Assembly: GCF_963921235.1 (NCBI RefSeq)
Contig: NC_086097.1
Location: 4,774,001 to 4,838,000, forward strand
DNA from: Mobula hypostoma
Taxonomy: Eukaryota
Length of the DNA stretch: 64,000 nucleotides
Reading direction: 5' to 3'
Below the pieces are notes generated by a model. It did no database searches. It saw only the letters and a program-made list of their open reading frames with translations, and was not told the DNA's origin. A program made the translations under genes and the position numbers. Positions 12,221 through 26,062 of the stretch are shown here, piece by piece. Numbering within the stretch: the stretch's first letter is position 1; each line of letters opens with the position of its first letter.

Positions 12221-14545
12221 GTGGGGGGAGGGACGAACTGGAAACATAAGGATGGAGATAAAGGGAAAGTGAGAATAAGAAAAGTTAAGAAAGACAGCAG
12301 AATCAATGGAGCAGAAAGCTCAAGAAGGGACCGTACAGTATGGCCAGGTGAAATAGGAATCGATATGGGAGGTGAGGGGAGTAATGAATTAAAAGTATTA
12401 TATATGAATGCACGGAGTATAAGAAATAAAGTGGATGAGCTTGAGGCTCAGTTGGAAATTGATAAGTATGATGTTGTGGGAATGACAGAGACATGGCTTC
12501 AAGTGGACAGGGCCTGGGAAATGAATATTCAAGGGTATACATCCTATCGAAAGGTCAAACTGATGGGCAGAGGGGGTGGGGTGGCTCTGTTGGTGAGGAA
12601 TGATATTCAGTCCCTTGCGAGGGGGGACATAGAATCAGGAGACGTAGAGTCAGTATGGATAGAACTGAAAAATTCTAAGGATAGAAAGACCCTAATGGGA
12701 GTTATCTACAGGCCCCCGAACAGTAGTCTGGATGTAGGGTGTAAGTTGAATCAAGAGTTAAAATTGGCATGTCGCAAAGGTAATGCTACAGTTGTTATGG
12801 GGGATTTCAACATGCAGGTAGACTGGAGGAATCAGGTTCGTACTGGATCCCAAGAAAGGGAGTTTGTGGAGTCCCTCCGAGATGGATTCTTAGAACAGTT
12901 TGTACTGGAGCCTACCAGAGAGAACGCAATTCTAGATTTAGTGTTGTGCAATGAACCGGATTTGATCAGGGACCTCAAGGTAAAGGAACTGTTAGGAGGT
13001 AGTGACCATAATATGATAAGTTTTAATCTATGGTTTGAGAGGGAGAAGGGAAACTCGGAAGTGTCAGTATTACAAGTGATGGAAATCTGTGTAGGGGAGC
13101 ACTTTGGTTCCAGTGATCATAACACCATTAGTTTCAATTTGATCATGGACAAGGATAGATCTGGTCCTAGGGTTGAGGTTCTGAACTGGAAGAAGGCCAA
13201 ATTTGAAGAAATGAGAAAGGATCTAAAAAGTGTGGATTGGGACAGGTTGTTCTCTGGCAAAGATGTGATTGGTAGGTGGGAAGCCTTCAAAGGGGATATT
13301 TTGAGAGTGCAGCATTTGTATGTTCTTGTCAGGATTAAAGGCAAATTGAATAGGAATAAGGAACCTTGGTTCTCAAGGGATATTGCAACTCTGATAAAGA
13401 AGAGGGAGTTGTATGAAATGTATAGGAAACAGGGGGTAAATCAGGTGCTTGAGGAGTATAAAAAGTGCAAGAAAATACTTAAGAAAGTAATCAGGAGGGC
13501 TAAAAGAAGACATGAGGTTGCCTTGGCAGTCAAAGTGAAGGATAATCCAAAGAGCTTTTACAGGTATATTAAGAGCAAAAGGATTGTAAGGGATAAAATT
13601 GGTCCTCTTGAAGATCAGAGTGGTCGGCTATGTGCGGAACCAAAGGAAATGGGGGAGATTTTAAATAGGTTTTTTGTGTCTGTATTTACTAAGGAAACTG
13701 GCATGAAGTCTAAGGAATTGAGGGAATCAAGTAGTGAGATCATGGAAACTGTACAGATTGAAAAGGAGGAGGTGCTTGCTGTCTTGAGGAAAATTAAAGT
13801 GGATAAATCCCCGGGACCTGACAGAGTGTTCCCTCGGACCTTGAAGGAGACTAGTGTTGAAATTTCAGGGGCCCTGGCAGAAATATTTAAAATGTCGCTG
13901 TCTACAGGTGAGGTGCCGGAGGATTGGAGAGTGGCTCATGTTGTTCCGTTGTTTAAAAAAGGATCGAAAAGTGTTCCGGGAAATTATAGGCTGGTGAGTT
14001 TAACGTCGGTAGTAGGTAAGTTATTGGAGGGAGTACTAAGAGGCAGAATCTACAAGCATTTGGATAGACAGGGACTTATTAGAGAGAGTCAACATGGCTT
14101 TGTGCGTGGTAGGTCATGTTTGACCAATCTATTGGAGTTTTTCGAGGAGGTTACCAGGAAAGTGGATGAAGGGAATGCAGTGGATATTGTCTACATGGAT
14201 TTCAGTAAGGCCTTTAACAAGGTTCCGCATGGGAGGTTAGTTAGGAAAATTCAGTGGCTAGGTATACATGGAGAGGTGGTAAATTGGATTAGACATTGGC
14301 TCAGTGGAAGAAGCCAAAGCGTGGTAGTAGAGAATTGCTTCTCCGAGTGGAGGCCTGTGACTAGTGGTGTGCCACAGGGATCAGTGCTGGGTCCATTGTT
14401 ATTTGTCATCTATATCAATGATCTGGATGATAATGTGGTAAATTGGATCAGCAAGTTTGCTGATGATACAAAGATTGGAGGAGTAGTAGACAGTGAGGAA
14501 GGTTTTCAGAGCCTGCAGAGGGACTTGGACCAGCTGGAAAAATGA
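12221..14545 (+). pseudogene. Chimeric 774-aa CR1 ORF2 reading frame (outer EN fused in frame to inner RT)
   Basis: Duplicated SDHN motif; ends at a premature TGA in place of the conserved Trp after FADD. Confidence 0.85.
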
Positions 14546-15378
14546 GCTGAAAAATGGCAGATGGAGTTTAATACAGACAAGTGTGAGGTATTGCACGTTG
14601 GAAGGACAAACCAAGGTAGAACATACAGGGTTAATGGTAAGGCACTGAGGAGTGCAGTAGAACAGAGGGATCTGGGAATACAGATACAAAATTCCCTAAA
14701 AGTGGCGTCACAAGTAGATAGGGTCGTAAAGAGAGCTTTTGGTACATTGGCCTTTATTAATCAAAGTATTGAGTATAAGAGCTGGAATGTTATGATGATG
14801 TTGTATAAGGCATTGGTGAGGCCAAATCTGGAGTATTGTGTTCAGTTTTGGTCACCAAATTATACAGGAAGGAAATAAATAAGGTTGAAAGAGTGCAGAG
14901 AAGGTTTACAAGGATGTTGCCAGGACTTGAGAAACTCAGTTACAGGGGAAGGTTGAATAGGTTAGGACTTTATTCCCTGGAGTGTAGAAGAATGAGGGGA
15001 GATTTAATAGGGTATATAAAATTATGATGGGTATAGATAGAGTGAACGCAAGCAGGCTTTTTCCACTGAGGCAAGGGGAGAAAAAAACCAGAGGACATAG
15101 ATTAAGGGTGAGGGGGGAAAAGTTTAAAGGGAACATTAGGGGGGGCTTCTTCACACAGAGAGTGGTGGGAGTATGGATTGAGCTGCCAGATGAGGTAGTA
15201 AATGCAGGTTCTTTATTAACATTTAAGAATAAATTGGACAGATACATGGATGGGAGGTGTATGGAGGGATATGGTGTGTGTGCAGGTCAGTAGGACTAGG
15301 CAGAAAATGGTTCGGCACAGCCAAGAAGGGCCATAAGGCCTGTTTCTGTGCTGTAGTTTCTATGGTTTCTATGGTTTC
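13075..15378 (+). mobile_element. CR1 LINE of a different subfamily (inner copy), 5'-truncated
   Basis: Has its own SDHN, RT domain and (TTTCTATGG)n tail; TACA at 13071-13074 and 15379-15382. Confidence 0.95.
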
Positions 15379-17604
15379 TACAGTTGAACAAAGGGAACTA
15401 TGGTCCTATGAGGGAGGAGCTGCCCAATGTTCAATGGAACAATACCCTAGCAGGGATGACAGTGGAACAGCAACGGCAAGTATTTCTGGGAATAATGTTG
15501 AAGGTGCAGGATCAGTTCATTCCAAAAAGGAAGAAAGATCCTTTGGGGAGTAAGGGGAGGCCATGGCTGACAAGGGAAGTAATGGACAGTATAAAAATAA
15601 AAGCGAAGAAGTATAACATAACAAAGACAAGTGGGAAGCCGGAGGACTGGGAAACTTTTAAAGAGCAACAGAAGGTAACTAAAAAGGCAATATACGGAGA
15701 AAAAATGAGGTACGAAGGTAAACTAGCCAAGAATATAAAGGAGGATAGTAAAAGCTTCTTTAGGTATGTGAAAGGAAAAAAATAGTTAAGACCAAAATTG
15801 GGCCCTTGAAGACAGAAGCGGGTGAACTTATTATGTGGAACAAGGAAATGGCAGACGAGTTGAACAGGTACTTTGGATCTGTCTTCACTAGGGAGGACAC
15901 AAACAATCTCCCAGATGTAATAGTGGCCAAAGGATCTAGGGTAATGGATGAATTGAAGGAAATTTATATTAGGCAGGAAATGGTGTTGGATAGGCTGTTG
16001 GGTCTGAAGGCTGGTAAGTCCCTGGGACCTGATGGTCTGCATCCCAGGGTACTTAAGGAGGTGGCTTTAGAAATCGTGGACACATTGGTAATCATTTTCC
16101 AATGTTCTATGGATTCAGGATCAGTTCCTGTGGATTGGAGGGTGGATAATGTTGTCCCTCTCTTCAAGAAGGGAGGAAGAGAGAAAACAGGGAACTATAG
16201 ACCGGTTAGCCTGACGTCGGTGGTGGGAAAGATGCTGGAGTCAATTATAAAGGATGAAATTACGACACATCTGGATAGTAGTAACAGGATTGGTCCAAGT
16301 CAGCATGGATTTACGAAGGGGAAATCGTGCTTGACTAATCTTCTGGAATTTTTTGAGGATGTAACTATGAAAATGGACAAGGGAGAGCCAGTGGATGTAG
16401 TGTGGCTGGACTTTCAGAAAGCCTTTGATAAAGTCCCACATAGGAGATTAGTGGGCAAAATTAGGGCACATGGTATTGGGGGCAGAGCACTGACGTGGAT
16501 TGAAAATTGGCTAGCTGACAGAAAACAAAGAGTAGCGATTAACGGATCCCTTTCAGAATAGCAGGTGGTGACCAGTGGGGTACCGCAGGGTTCAGTGCTG
16601 GGACCGCAGCTGTTTACAATATATATTAATGATTTAGATGAGGGAATTAAAAGTAACATTAGCAAATTTGCCGATGACACAAAGCTGGGTGGCAGTGTGA
16701 AATGTGAGGAGGATGTTATGAGAATGCAGGGTGACTTGGACAGGCTGGGTGAGTGGGCAGATGCATGGCAGATGCAGTTTAATGTTGATAAATGTGAGGT
16801 TATCCACATTGGTGGTAAGAACAGGAAGGCAGATTATTATCTAAATGGAGTCAAGTTAGGAAAAGGGGAAGCACAACGAGATCTAGGTGCTCTTGTACAT
16901 CAGTCACTGAAAGCAAGCATGCAAGTACAGCAGACAGTGAAGAAAGCTAATGGCATGCTGGCCTTCATAACAAGGGGAATTGAGTATAAGAGCAAAGAGG
17001 TCCTTCTGCAGCTGTACAGGGCTCTGGTGAGACCACACCTGCAGTATTGTGTGCAGTTTTGCTCTGCAAATTTGAGGAAGGACATTCTTGCTATTGAGGG
17101 AGTGCAGCGTAGGTTGACAAGCTTAATTCCCGGGACGGCGGGACTGTCATATGTTGAAAGATTGGAGCGACTGGGCTTGTGTACACTGGAATTTAGAAGG
17201 CTGAGAGAGGATTTTATTGAAACATATAAGATTATTAAGGGATTGGACACACTGGAGGCAGGAAGCACGTTCCTGCTGATGGGTGAGTCGAGAACCAGAG
17301 GCCACAGTTTAAGAATTAGGGGTAGGACATTTAGAATGGAGTTGAGGAAAAACTTTTTCACCCAGAGAGTGGTGGATATATGGAATGCTCTGCCCCAGAA
17401 GGCAGTGGAGGCCAAGTCTCTGGATGCGTTCAAGAAAGAGATGGATAGAGCTCTTAAAGATAGCAGAATCGAAGGTTATGGGGATAAGGCAGGAACTGGA
17501 TACTGATTGTGGATGATCAGCCATGATCACAGTGAATGGCAGTGCTGGCTCGAAGGGCCGAATGGCCTACTCCTGCACCTATTGTCTATTGCTTATTGTA
17601 TTTT

Positions 17605-18212
17605 AAGGCCATAAGACATGGGAGCAGAACTAGGCCATTCAGCCCATCGAGTCTGCCATTTCATCATGGCTGATTTATCATTCCTCTCACCCTATTCTCC
17701 TGCTTTCTCCCTGTAACTTTCACACCCTGTCTAATCAAGAACCTATCAATCTCTCCCATGTTTGGAAACATCCTCTTCACATCCACTCTATCTAAGCCTT
17801 TCAATATTCAATAGGTTTCATTGAGATTGCCCTTATTCTTCTAAACTTCAGTGAGTACAGACCAGAGCCATCAAGCACTCCTCAAACGTTAACCATTTCA
17901 TTCCTGTAATAATTCTTGCGAACCTCCTCTGGACCCACTCCAATGCCAGCACATCTTTTCGAAGATAAGGGGCACAAATGGTTCACAATACTCCAAGTGC
18001 GTGATTATACTCTTCCCTGCACTATATTCCATCTGCCACCTCTTTACCATTCTCCAAATCTGTCTAAACCCTTCTGCAGATTCCCTGCTCCCCCAACACT
18101 ACCTGCCCCTCCACCAATGTAAATTTGAATCATCCACAAACTTGGCTACAAATCCATCATTTCTGCCATCCCAATCATCCACGTATAATGTGAAAAGAAG
18201 TGGTCCCAGCAC
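17605..18212 (-). mobile_element. CR1 3' fragment with internal deletions
   Basis: Reverse complement of the same family as 5600-6290. Confidence 0.8.
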
Positions 18213-18599
18213 AGGGGGGAGCTGCTTGTTGTACTTTTAAAATGTTACATAAATACTATTTAAATGCATTTGTTCTTTAATTAAAAATCTATTTGAATAG
18301 TTTTAAAAGTGCCTGATAATGAGAGTCTATAAAAGAATGCATTGAGAGCTGGTAAACCATCCACACTCTTCAGTATGATTCCAGTCTTCATAAAGAAAGT
18401 GCTCCACCTCACAGGATACCCCTTGGGTGCAACAAATCAGCACAGTTAGCCAGCTGCAGAGGTTGGCATGGCCGCTCATATGTTGTGAAAGAAAATCAAC
18501 ATGCAGGAATATCTGCTGATAGAAGGAGATTCTGGTTTGTTTTAAATCATACCTACAATCTCCTTGAAGAGCCGTTTCGAATACACACGCCAGAGTCAC

Positions 18600-19310
18600 C
18601 AAAGACTCCACAAAATTTCTACAAATGTACCATGGAGGGCATCACATCTGCTATGGAGAGGCCACTGCACAGGATTGGGGAAAAGCAGAAGGAAGCTGTA
18701 AATTCAGCCAGCTCCATCATCGACGTTAGCCTCTCCAGTACCAAGGACATCTTCAAACGGCAATGCCTCAGAAAGCCAGAATCTATCATTAAGAACCCCC
18801 ATCACAGACGACATGCCCCTTTCTAATGGTTACCACCAAAGAGGAGGCACAGGAGCCTGAAGTCACACACTCAACATTTCAGGAATGGCTTCTTCCCCTC
18901 CACCATCTTTTTTGCTCTCTTTTTGAACTACTTATTTAGTTTAATATATATTTCTTTTTGTAATTTATAGTCCCTTTTTAATTATAATGAGACATAGGAG
19001 CAGATTTAGGCCATTTGACCCAACAAGTCTGCTCCAGCATTCTATCATGGCTGATTTATTATCCTTCTCAACCCTATTCTCCTGCCTTCCCCCTATCACC
19101 TTTGATGGCCTGACTAATCAAGAACCTATCAACCCCCACCTTAAATATATTCAATGGTTTGGCCTGCACAATCACCTGTGGCAAAGAATTTCACAGATTC
19201 ATCACTCTCCGGCGAAAGAAATTTTTCAGTACACTGTGTATTGTAACATACTGCTGCGACAGCACAACAAATTTCACAACGCATACCAGTGATATAAAAC
19301 CCGATTCTGC
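18600..19310 (+). mobile_element. Rex1/Babar-like 3' remnant with a minus-strand CR1 tail inserted at about 18985-19222
   Basis: NFYKCTMEGI...KDIFKRQCLRK; tail CGATTCTG at about 19305. Confidence 0.7.
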
Positions 19311-20169
19311 ATAATCCCACCTCAGCGACAGAATGTGGAGTACAGATTCAAAAGAAATTGTCTGAGATCGCTTACTTCTTCTTGCGTATAATTGCAACGA
19401 TCTGACAATAGACCCCCCCCATTGACATCAATCTCAAAATAGTTACTGACAAATATATATTGTTTTTTTTTTCAAATCTATCTGAACAAGCACTAGATCA
19501 TTTGAAATATTATCTTGTGTTTCCTGTTATAGCAAAATCTGATGAGCTCTCCCAATGAGATATTGGATTTAGTTTATATTCCTGTGTGACATGCAAATTG
19601 TCAAAATTGCTTGCATAACTATGCAAACAGATGTGTTCAGTAAGATCACTGCACATTAATTCTCAACCATAATATTATGGCTGTACTGACATGTCTCACA
19701 TTATCATCTGTTAAATCTCTTGGGTTGAATTAATTCTTAGACTTCTGTTTCATTCTACAGAATGTATAAGATTTCCAAATCTGCAGTACATTCCTTTTAT
19801 ACACAGTCATTACCTGAATTTCCAAGATTTCGTTACATACTCACTAGCTCAGGGAGGTGCTGCTGAATATTTATGATGCAGATTAAAAGTATTTAGGGCA
19901 TATTTTTCTTAGTAATCATGTTAATTATTCTTTATCAGTTTTTGTTTGCTCAAAGCAATGGTAGGAATAATTTTGCATAGCTTTTATTGGAATAAAATGA
20001 ATGGTTCCAAAATAGCAACCAAAGTCAAGATCTTCCTTTCCTCTCCTGCTGCAAAATCATGTACTTGAACCCATCACACCTGCTGTGGTGTAGGCTGCTG
20101 ACAGCAGCTTATTAGTGTCCGCTGTGCTGGGTTGATAGAAGATTCACTACACAACTTCATACGTCTTCT

Positions 20170-20636
20170 AGGTCAGCTATCTACAGGAAAGATGGAAATA
20201 AGGTTGAAAGAGTACAGAGAAAATTTACAAGGATGTTTCTGGGTCTGGAGGACCTGAATTATAAGGAAAGACTGAATAGGTTAGAACTGTATTCTTTAGA
20301 ATGTAGAAGATTGAGAGGAGATTTTCCACTAGGGTTGGGTGGGACTACAACCAGATGTCATGTATTAAGGGTGAAAGGTGAGAAGTTTAAGGGGAACATG
20401 AGGGGAAACTTTTTCACTTGAACTATCATGAGAGTGTGGAATGAGCTGCCAGCACAAATGGTGCATGAGAACTTGATTTCAACGTCTAAGAGAAGTTTCA
20501 ATAGATACATGGATGATAAGGGTATGGAGGGCTATGGTCCCAGTGCAGTTTGATGGAGCTAGGCAGTTTAAATGGTTTTGCACGGACTTGATGGGCTGAA
20601 GGGCCTGTTTCTGTGCTGCACTTTTCTATGACTCTA
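20170..20636 (+). mobile_element. CR1 3' fragment
   Basis: YKERLNRLELYSLECRRLRGD...KGEKFKGNMRGNFFT; tail TTCTATGACTCTA. Confidence 0.85.
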
Positions 20637-20744
20637 GGTGAAGATTGTTCCTCTTCCAGAAATGTGGTCTTTGGAGCTTCTGTAGCTCTCTGTTTTTATG
20701 AGATGAGATGACTAGACCCATGCCTAACCCTTGTCCTTTCAAGG

Positions 20745-22483
20745 CAGAAAGATCTGCTTTGAATCGGTGAACTGGACTGTATTCAGGGATTCATCTTCGA
20801 ATCTGGATGAGTATGCTGCAGTTCATTACAACCTCACCGACTTCATTACAACCTGTGTGGATGAGTGTGTGCCTACAAAGACTCACTGTACATTCCCAAA
20901 CCTAAAGCCATGGATGAAACAGAAGGTACATCATCTACTGAAGGCTAGATCTGTGGCACTCATGGGTGGTGACCCAAGTCTGTACCAGAAAACCAGGTAA
21001 GACTTGCGGAGGGCTATTTCAAGGGTGAAGAGACAATCTCGAACGAGGTTGGAGGCGACATTGGATGCACGGCAACTCTGGCAGGGTTTGCAAGACATTA
21101 CTTCCTACAAAGTGAAACCCAATGCGAATGGCAGCGATGCTTCACAACCAGATGAACTCAATGCCTTCCATGCCTGCTTTGAAAGGGAGAAGACAACTAC
21201 AGCTGTGAAGATCCCTGCTGCACCTGATGACCCTGTGATCTCTGTCTCAGAGGCCGATATTAGGCTGTCTTTAAAGAGGGTGAACGCTTGCAGGGTGGAA
21301 GATCCAGATGGAGTATCTGGTAAGGCTCTGAAAACCTGTGCCAACGAACCTGTAGGAGTATTCAAGGACATTTTCAACCTCTCACTGCTATGGGCAGAAT
21401 TTCCCACTTATTTCAAAAAGGCAACAATTATACCAGTGCCTTAATGACTATCACCGGTAGCACTCACATCTACAGTGATGAAATGCTTTGAGAGGTTGGT
21501 CATGACCAGACTGAACTCCTGCCTCAGCAAGGACCTGGACCCACTGCAATTTGCCTATCGTCACAATAGGTCAACGGCAGATGCAATCTCAATGGCTCTC
21601 CACACGGCTTTAGACCACCTGGAGAACACAAACACCTATGTCAGGATGCTGTTCATTGACTACAGCTGAGCATTTAATACTATCATTCCCACAATGCTGA
21701 TTGAGAAGTTGCAGAACCTTGGCCTCTGCACCTCCCTCTGCAATTGGATCCTCAGCTTCCTAACCGGAAGACCACAATCTGTGCGGATTGGTGATAACAT
21801 CTCCTCCTCGCTGACGATCTACACTGGTGCACCTCAGGGGTGTGTGCTTAGCCCACTGCTCTACTCTCCGTGTACAATGACTGTGTGGCTAGGCGTAGCT
21901 CAAATGCCATCTATAAATTTGCTAATGATACAACCATTGTTGATAAAATCTCAGAGAATGTACGGGAGTGAGATATGCCAACTAGTGGAGTGGTGCTGTA
22001 GCAACAACTTGGCACTCAACGTCAGAAGTTGAAAGAGATGATTGTGGACTTCAGGAAGGGTAAGACGAAGGAACACATACCAATCCTCATAGAGGGATCA
22101 GAAGTGGAGAGAGTGAGCAGTTTCAAATTCCTGGGTGCCCGGATCTCTGAGAATCTAACCTGGTCCAACATATCAATGTAGTTATAAGAAAGGCAAGACA
22201 GTGGCCTCACTCAGTGATTCAGGAACAGCTTCTTCCCCTCTGCCATCCGATTCTTAAATGGACATTGAATCCTTGGACACTACCTCACTTTTTAAGATAA
22301 ATAGTATTTCTGTTTTTTGCACGATTTTAATCTATTCAATATATGTATACTTACCTATGTATTATTATTACAATTTTTATTTTATTTTCTTCCTCTTCTA
22401 GATTATGTTTTGCATTGAACTGCTGCTGCTAAGTTAACAAATTTCCCATCTCATACTGGTGATAGTAGACTTGATTCTGATTC
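20745..22483 (+). mobile_element. Rex1/Babar-like LINE ORF2 with deletions
   Basis: [48 protein letters not shown]; (GATTCT)n tail. Confidence 0.9.
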
Positions 22484-22723
22484 TGTGGAGTCGAAATGTG
22501 CCAATATAAATGATCAATATTTTGACTGTCTTTTTGTAGTGTATACAGAACTTCTGTAGTGTTATCCCCATCATAATATGCCATGTCATGTGATCTTGAC
22601 GATCGTAGTCTTTTGTGACGACGATTGTTTCTGGCAAATTTTCTTGCAGAAGTGGTTTGACAGTGCCTAAGATAGATGAGCCCAGGTATGATCAAAATTC
22701 TTCAGAGATTTTCTGCCTGACGT

Positions 22724-22910
22724 CAGTGGTCACTTGTAATCTGCACCGGCTGTTCAAACGACCATCCACCTCCTGTTCTCATGGCTTCACGTGCCCCTGA
22801 TTGGGGGCTAAGCAGGTGCCATACCTTGCCCAAGGGTGACCTGCAGACTAGCGGAGGGAAAGAGCACCTTACCCTTCCTTTGGTAGAGACGTATCTCCAC
22901 CCTGCCACCC
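22724..22910 (+). mobile_element. Short structured repeat, possibly RTE-derived
   Basis: CACCT...GGCTAA GCAGGTG pairing and a CCCC/GGGG hairpin; resemblance only. Confidence 0.3.
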
Positions 22911-23289
22911 GTTCTGTATTGTAGTGCACAGGAAAAAACAACTACTGTTTGAATGTGACCCGGATATAGACTCCAAATTGTCAATATATATCAGGAAGTA
23001 AATCATCTATTAAGGTGTGGAAGGAAAGAAATGTATTAATTGAGTGAAAGTGAAAATAACATGATTGTTTATTTGAAGTTCAGTATTTATGGGGATGTAA
23101 CAATAGAGAATTATCATGATTTCCAATGAATAGCAATGTACAGATACATTTGGTGTCTTCATGGGCAAGTATTTTTTAAAAAAGGGAATAATATGGCAAT
23201 CAATCTCAGTCACCTTGAAGAAACAGCTTTCACATATTCCAGTTTGTTCGGTATTATGTACTGTCTAGATCAACTGATTAGACTGGAGA

Positions 23290-23550
23290 CATGGGAGAAT
23301 TCAGATGCTGGAATCTGAAGCTAAAAACAGCGTACTGCTGGAGGAACTCAACGGGCCAGGCAGCATCTGTGAGCGGAAATGAACTGTCGATATTTTGGTT
23401 TGAGACCTTTCATTTGGACTGACAGTTGTCAGTTTGAGTCGAGACTCTTCTTCGGTTCAGAGGAAAGGCCTCAACCTGAAACGTCAACAGTCCTTTTCCC
23501 TCCGCAGATATTGCCTGACCTTCTGAGATCCTCCGACACGTTTTTTCTTC
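23290..23550. mobile_element. Penelope-like pLTR pair in inverted (tails-out) arrangement, old
   Basis: Left arm gaggaactcaacgggccaggcagcatctgtg is the reverse complement of right arm ccgcagatattgcctgaccttctgagatcctcc; decayed hammerhead cores. Confidence 0.65.
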
Positions 23551-24204
23551 AACAGACTAGATATGTCGAGACAATACCTTCCCCAAGCAGTAACACTGAT
23601 CAATAACTCCTCCCATTAACCCACCTCTCAACAACCTCAACCACCATTACTTTATCATTTCCCGTCAGTCAGCTTATGTACAGACACTCCTGTGCCTAGT
23701 GTCACTTTATGGATGTGCAATCAATCTATGTAAATAAGCTATCTTATGTATTTATATTTATTGTGAGTGTATTTTTGTGCTGCTTTGGATCCGGAGTAAC
23801 AATTATTTTGTTCACCTTTACACTTGAATCTTGAAAACCAGCCAACAATATCACAACAACCAAGAAATAGGCTGTAGTATATATCATTTGTGAGATTCGC
23901 CAAGGCTTCTTGAACAGCATCTTTTAGAGCTTCAGATACACAAACTGCAGGGGTACAAAAGCCCAACAACTTCATTTCTAGGTTACACGGCACAATGGTT
24001 TCTATGTAAGTTAATATCAAAAATCAAGAGATTCAAGATTGAGATTATAAGACCATTAGGTATAGGAGCAGAATTAAGCCATTTGGCCCATCAAGTCTGC
24101 TCTGCCATTTCATCATGGCTGATCTATTTTCTTCTCAGCTCCAGTCTCCTGACTTCCCCAAATAACCCCCCCCCCACCCCCGCAGTATCCCGTATGCCCC
24201 AACT

Positions 24205-26062
24205 AATTGGAGTAAGGAGAATTATGAGGCTATCAGGCAGGAACTTGGAAGCTTAAATTGGAAACAGATGTTCTCAGGGAAAGGTACGGAAGAAATGTGG
24301 CAAATGTTCAGGGGATATTTGTGTGGAGTTCTGCATAGGAATGTTCCAATGAGACAGGGAAGTTATGGTGGGGTACAGGAACAGTGGTGTACAAAGGCTG
24401 TAGTAAATCTAGTCAAGAAGAAAAGAAAAGCTTACAAAAGGTTCAGAGAGCTAGGTAATGTTAGAGATCTAGAAGATTATAAGGCTAATAGGAAGGAGTT
24501 TAAGAAGGAAATTAGGAGAGCCAGAAGGGGCCATGAGAAGACCTTGGCAGGCAGGATTAAAGAAAACCACAAGGCATTCTACAAGTATGTGAAGAGCAAG
24601 AGGATAAGATGTGAAAGAATAGGACCTATCAAGTGTGACAGTGGGAAAGTATGTATGGAACCGGAGGAAATAGCAGAGGTACTTAATGAATACTTTACTT
24701 CAGTATTCACTATGGAAAATGATCTTAGTGATTGTAGTGATGACTTGCAGCAGACTGAAAAGCTTGAGCACGGAGATATTAAGAAAGAGGATATGCTGGA
24801 GCTTTTGGAAAGCATCAAGTTGGATAAGTTGCCGGGACCGGATAATATATACCCAAGGCTACTGTGGGAGGCAAAGGAGGAGATTGCTGAGCCTCTGGCG
24901 ATGATTTTTGCATCATCAATGGGGACGGGAGAGGTTCTGGAGGATTGGAGGGTTGCGGATGTTCCATTATTCAAGAAAGGGAGTAGAAATGCCCCAAGAA
25001 ATTATAGACAGTGAGTCTTACTTCATTGGTTGGTAAGTTGATGGAGAAGATCCTGAGAGGCAGGATTTATGAACATTTTGAGGGGTATAATATGATTAGG
25101 AATAGCCAGCATGGCTTTGTCAAGGACAGGTCGTACCTTACGAGCCTGATTGAATTTTTTGAGTAGTGACGAAACACATTGATGAAGGAAGAGCAGTAGA
25201 TGTAGTGTATATGGATTTCAGCAAGGCATTTGATAAGGTACCCCATGCAAGGCTTATTTGGAAAGTAAGGAGGCATGGGATCCAAGGGGACATTGCTTTA
25301 TGGATCCAGAACTGGCTTGCCCACAGAAGGCAAAGAGTGGTTGTAGATGGGTCATATTCTGCATGGAGGTCTGTGACCAGTGGTGAGCCTCAGGGATCTG
25401 TTCTGGGACCCTTACTCTTCGTGATTTTTATAAATGACCTGGATGAGGAAGTGGAGGGATGGGTTAGTAAGTTTGCTGATAGTGTGGAGATATAGGACCC
25501 TGGTCAGACCCCTCTTGGAGTACTATGCTCAGTTCTGGTCACCTCACTACAGGAAGGATGTGGAAACCATAGAAAGGGTGCAGAGGATATTTACAAGGAT
25601 GTTTCCTGGATTGGGGAGCATGCCTTATGAGAATAAGTTTAGTGAACTCAGCCTTTTCTCCTTGGAGCGACGGAGGATGAGAGGTGACTTGATAGAGGTG
25701 TATAAGATGATGAGAGGCATTGATCGTGTGGATAGTCAGAGGCTTTTTCCCAGGGCTGAAATGGCTAACATGAGAGGGCACAGTTTTAAGATGCTGGGGA
25801 GTAAATACAGAGGAGATATCAGGGTAAGTCTTTTACGCAGAGAGTGGTGAGTGCGTGGAATGGGCTGCCAGCAATGGTTTTGGGGGCAGATATGATAGGG
25901 TCTTTTCAGAGACTTTTGGATAGGTATGTGGAGCTTAGAAAAATAGAGGGCCATGGGTAACCCTAGTATTTTCTAAGGTTGGGACATGTTTGGCACAACT
26001 CTGTGGGCCGAAGGGCCTGTATTGTGCTGTGGGTTTTCTTTGTTTCTATGTTTCTATGCTTC
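24205..26062 (+). mobile_element. CR1 LINE, 5'-truncated, internally deleted after FAD
   Basis: ORFs 24268-25014, 25166-25495 and 25434-25850; (TTTCTATG)n tail. Confidence 0.92.

Larger units (their letters stand above)
12120..17590 (+). mobile_element. CR1 LINE (outer copy), near-complete ORF2, interrupted by a second CR1
   Basis: EN motifs [27 protein letters not shown] to 13074; resumes at 15383 with linker and RT (QGSVLGP, FADD); tail ATTGTCTATTG. Confidence 0.95.

Noticed and set aside
12221..14545. 774-aa ORF as a host gene or intact autonomous LINE ORF2
   Set aside because: It is a junction of two CR1 copies and stops prematurely after FADD
15512..17433. Long antisense ORFs over LINEs (also 24579-24974, 60103-60636)
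   Set aside because: Shadow frames opposite LINE coding sequence
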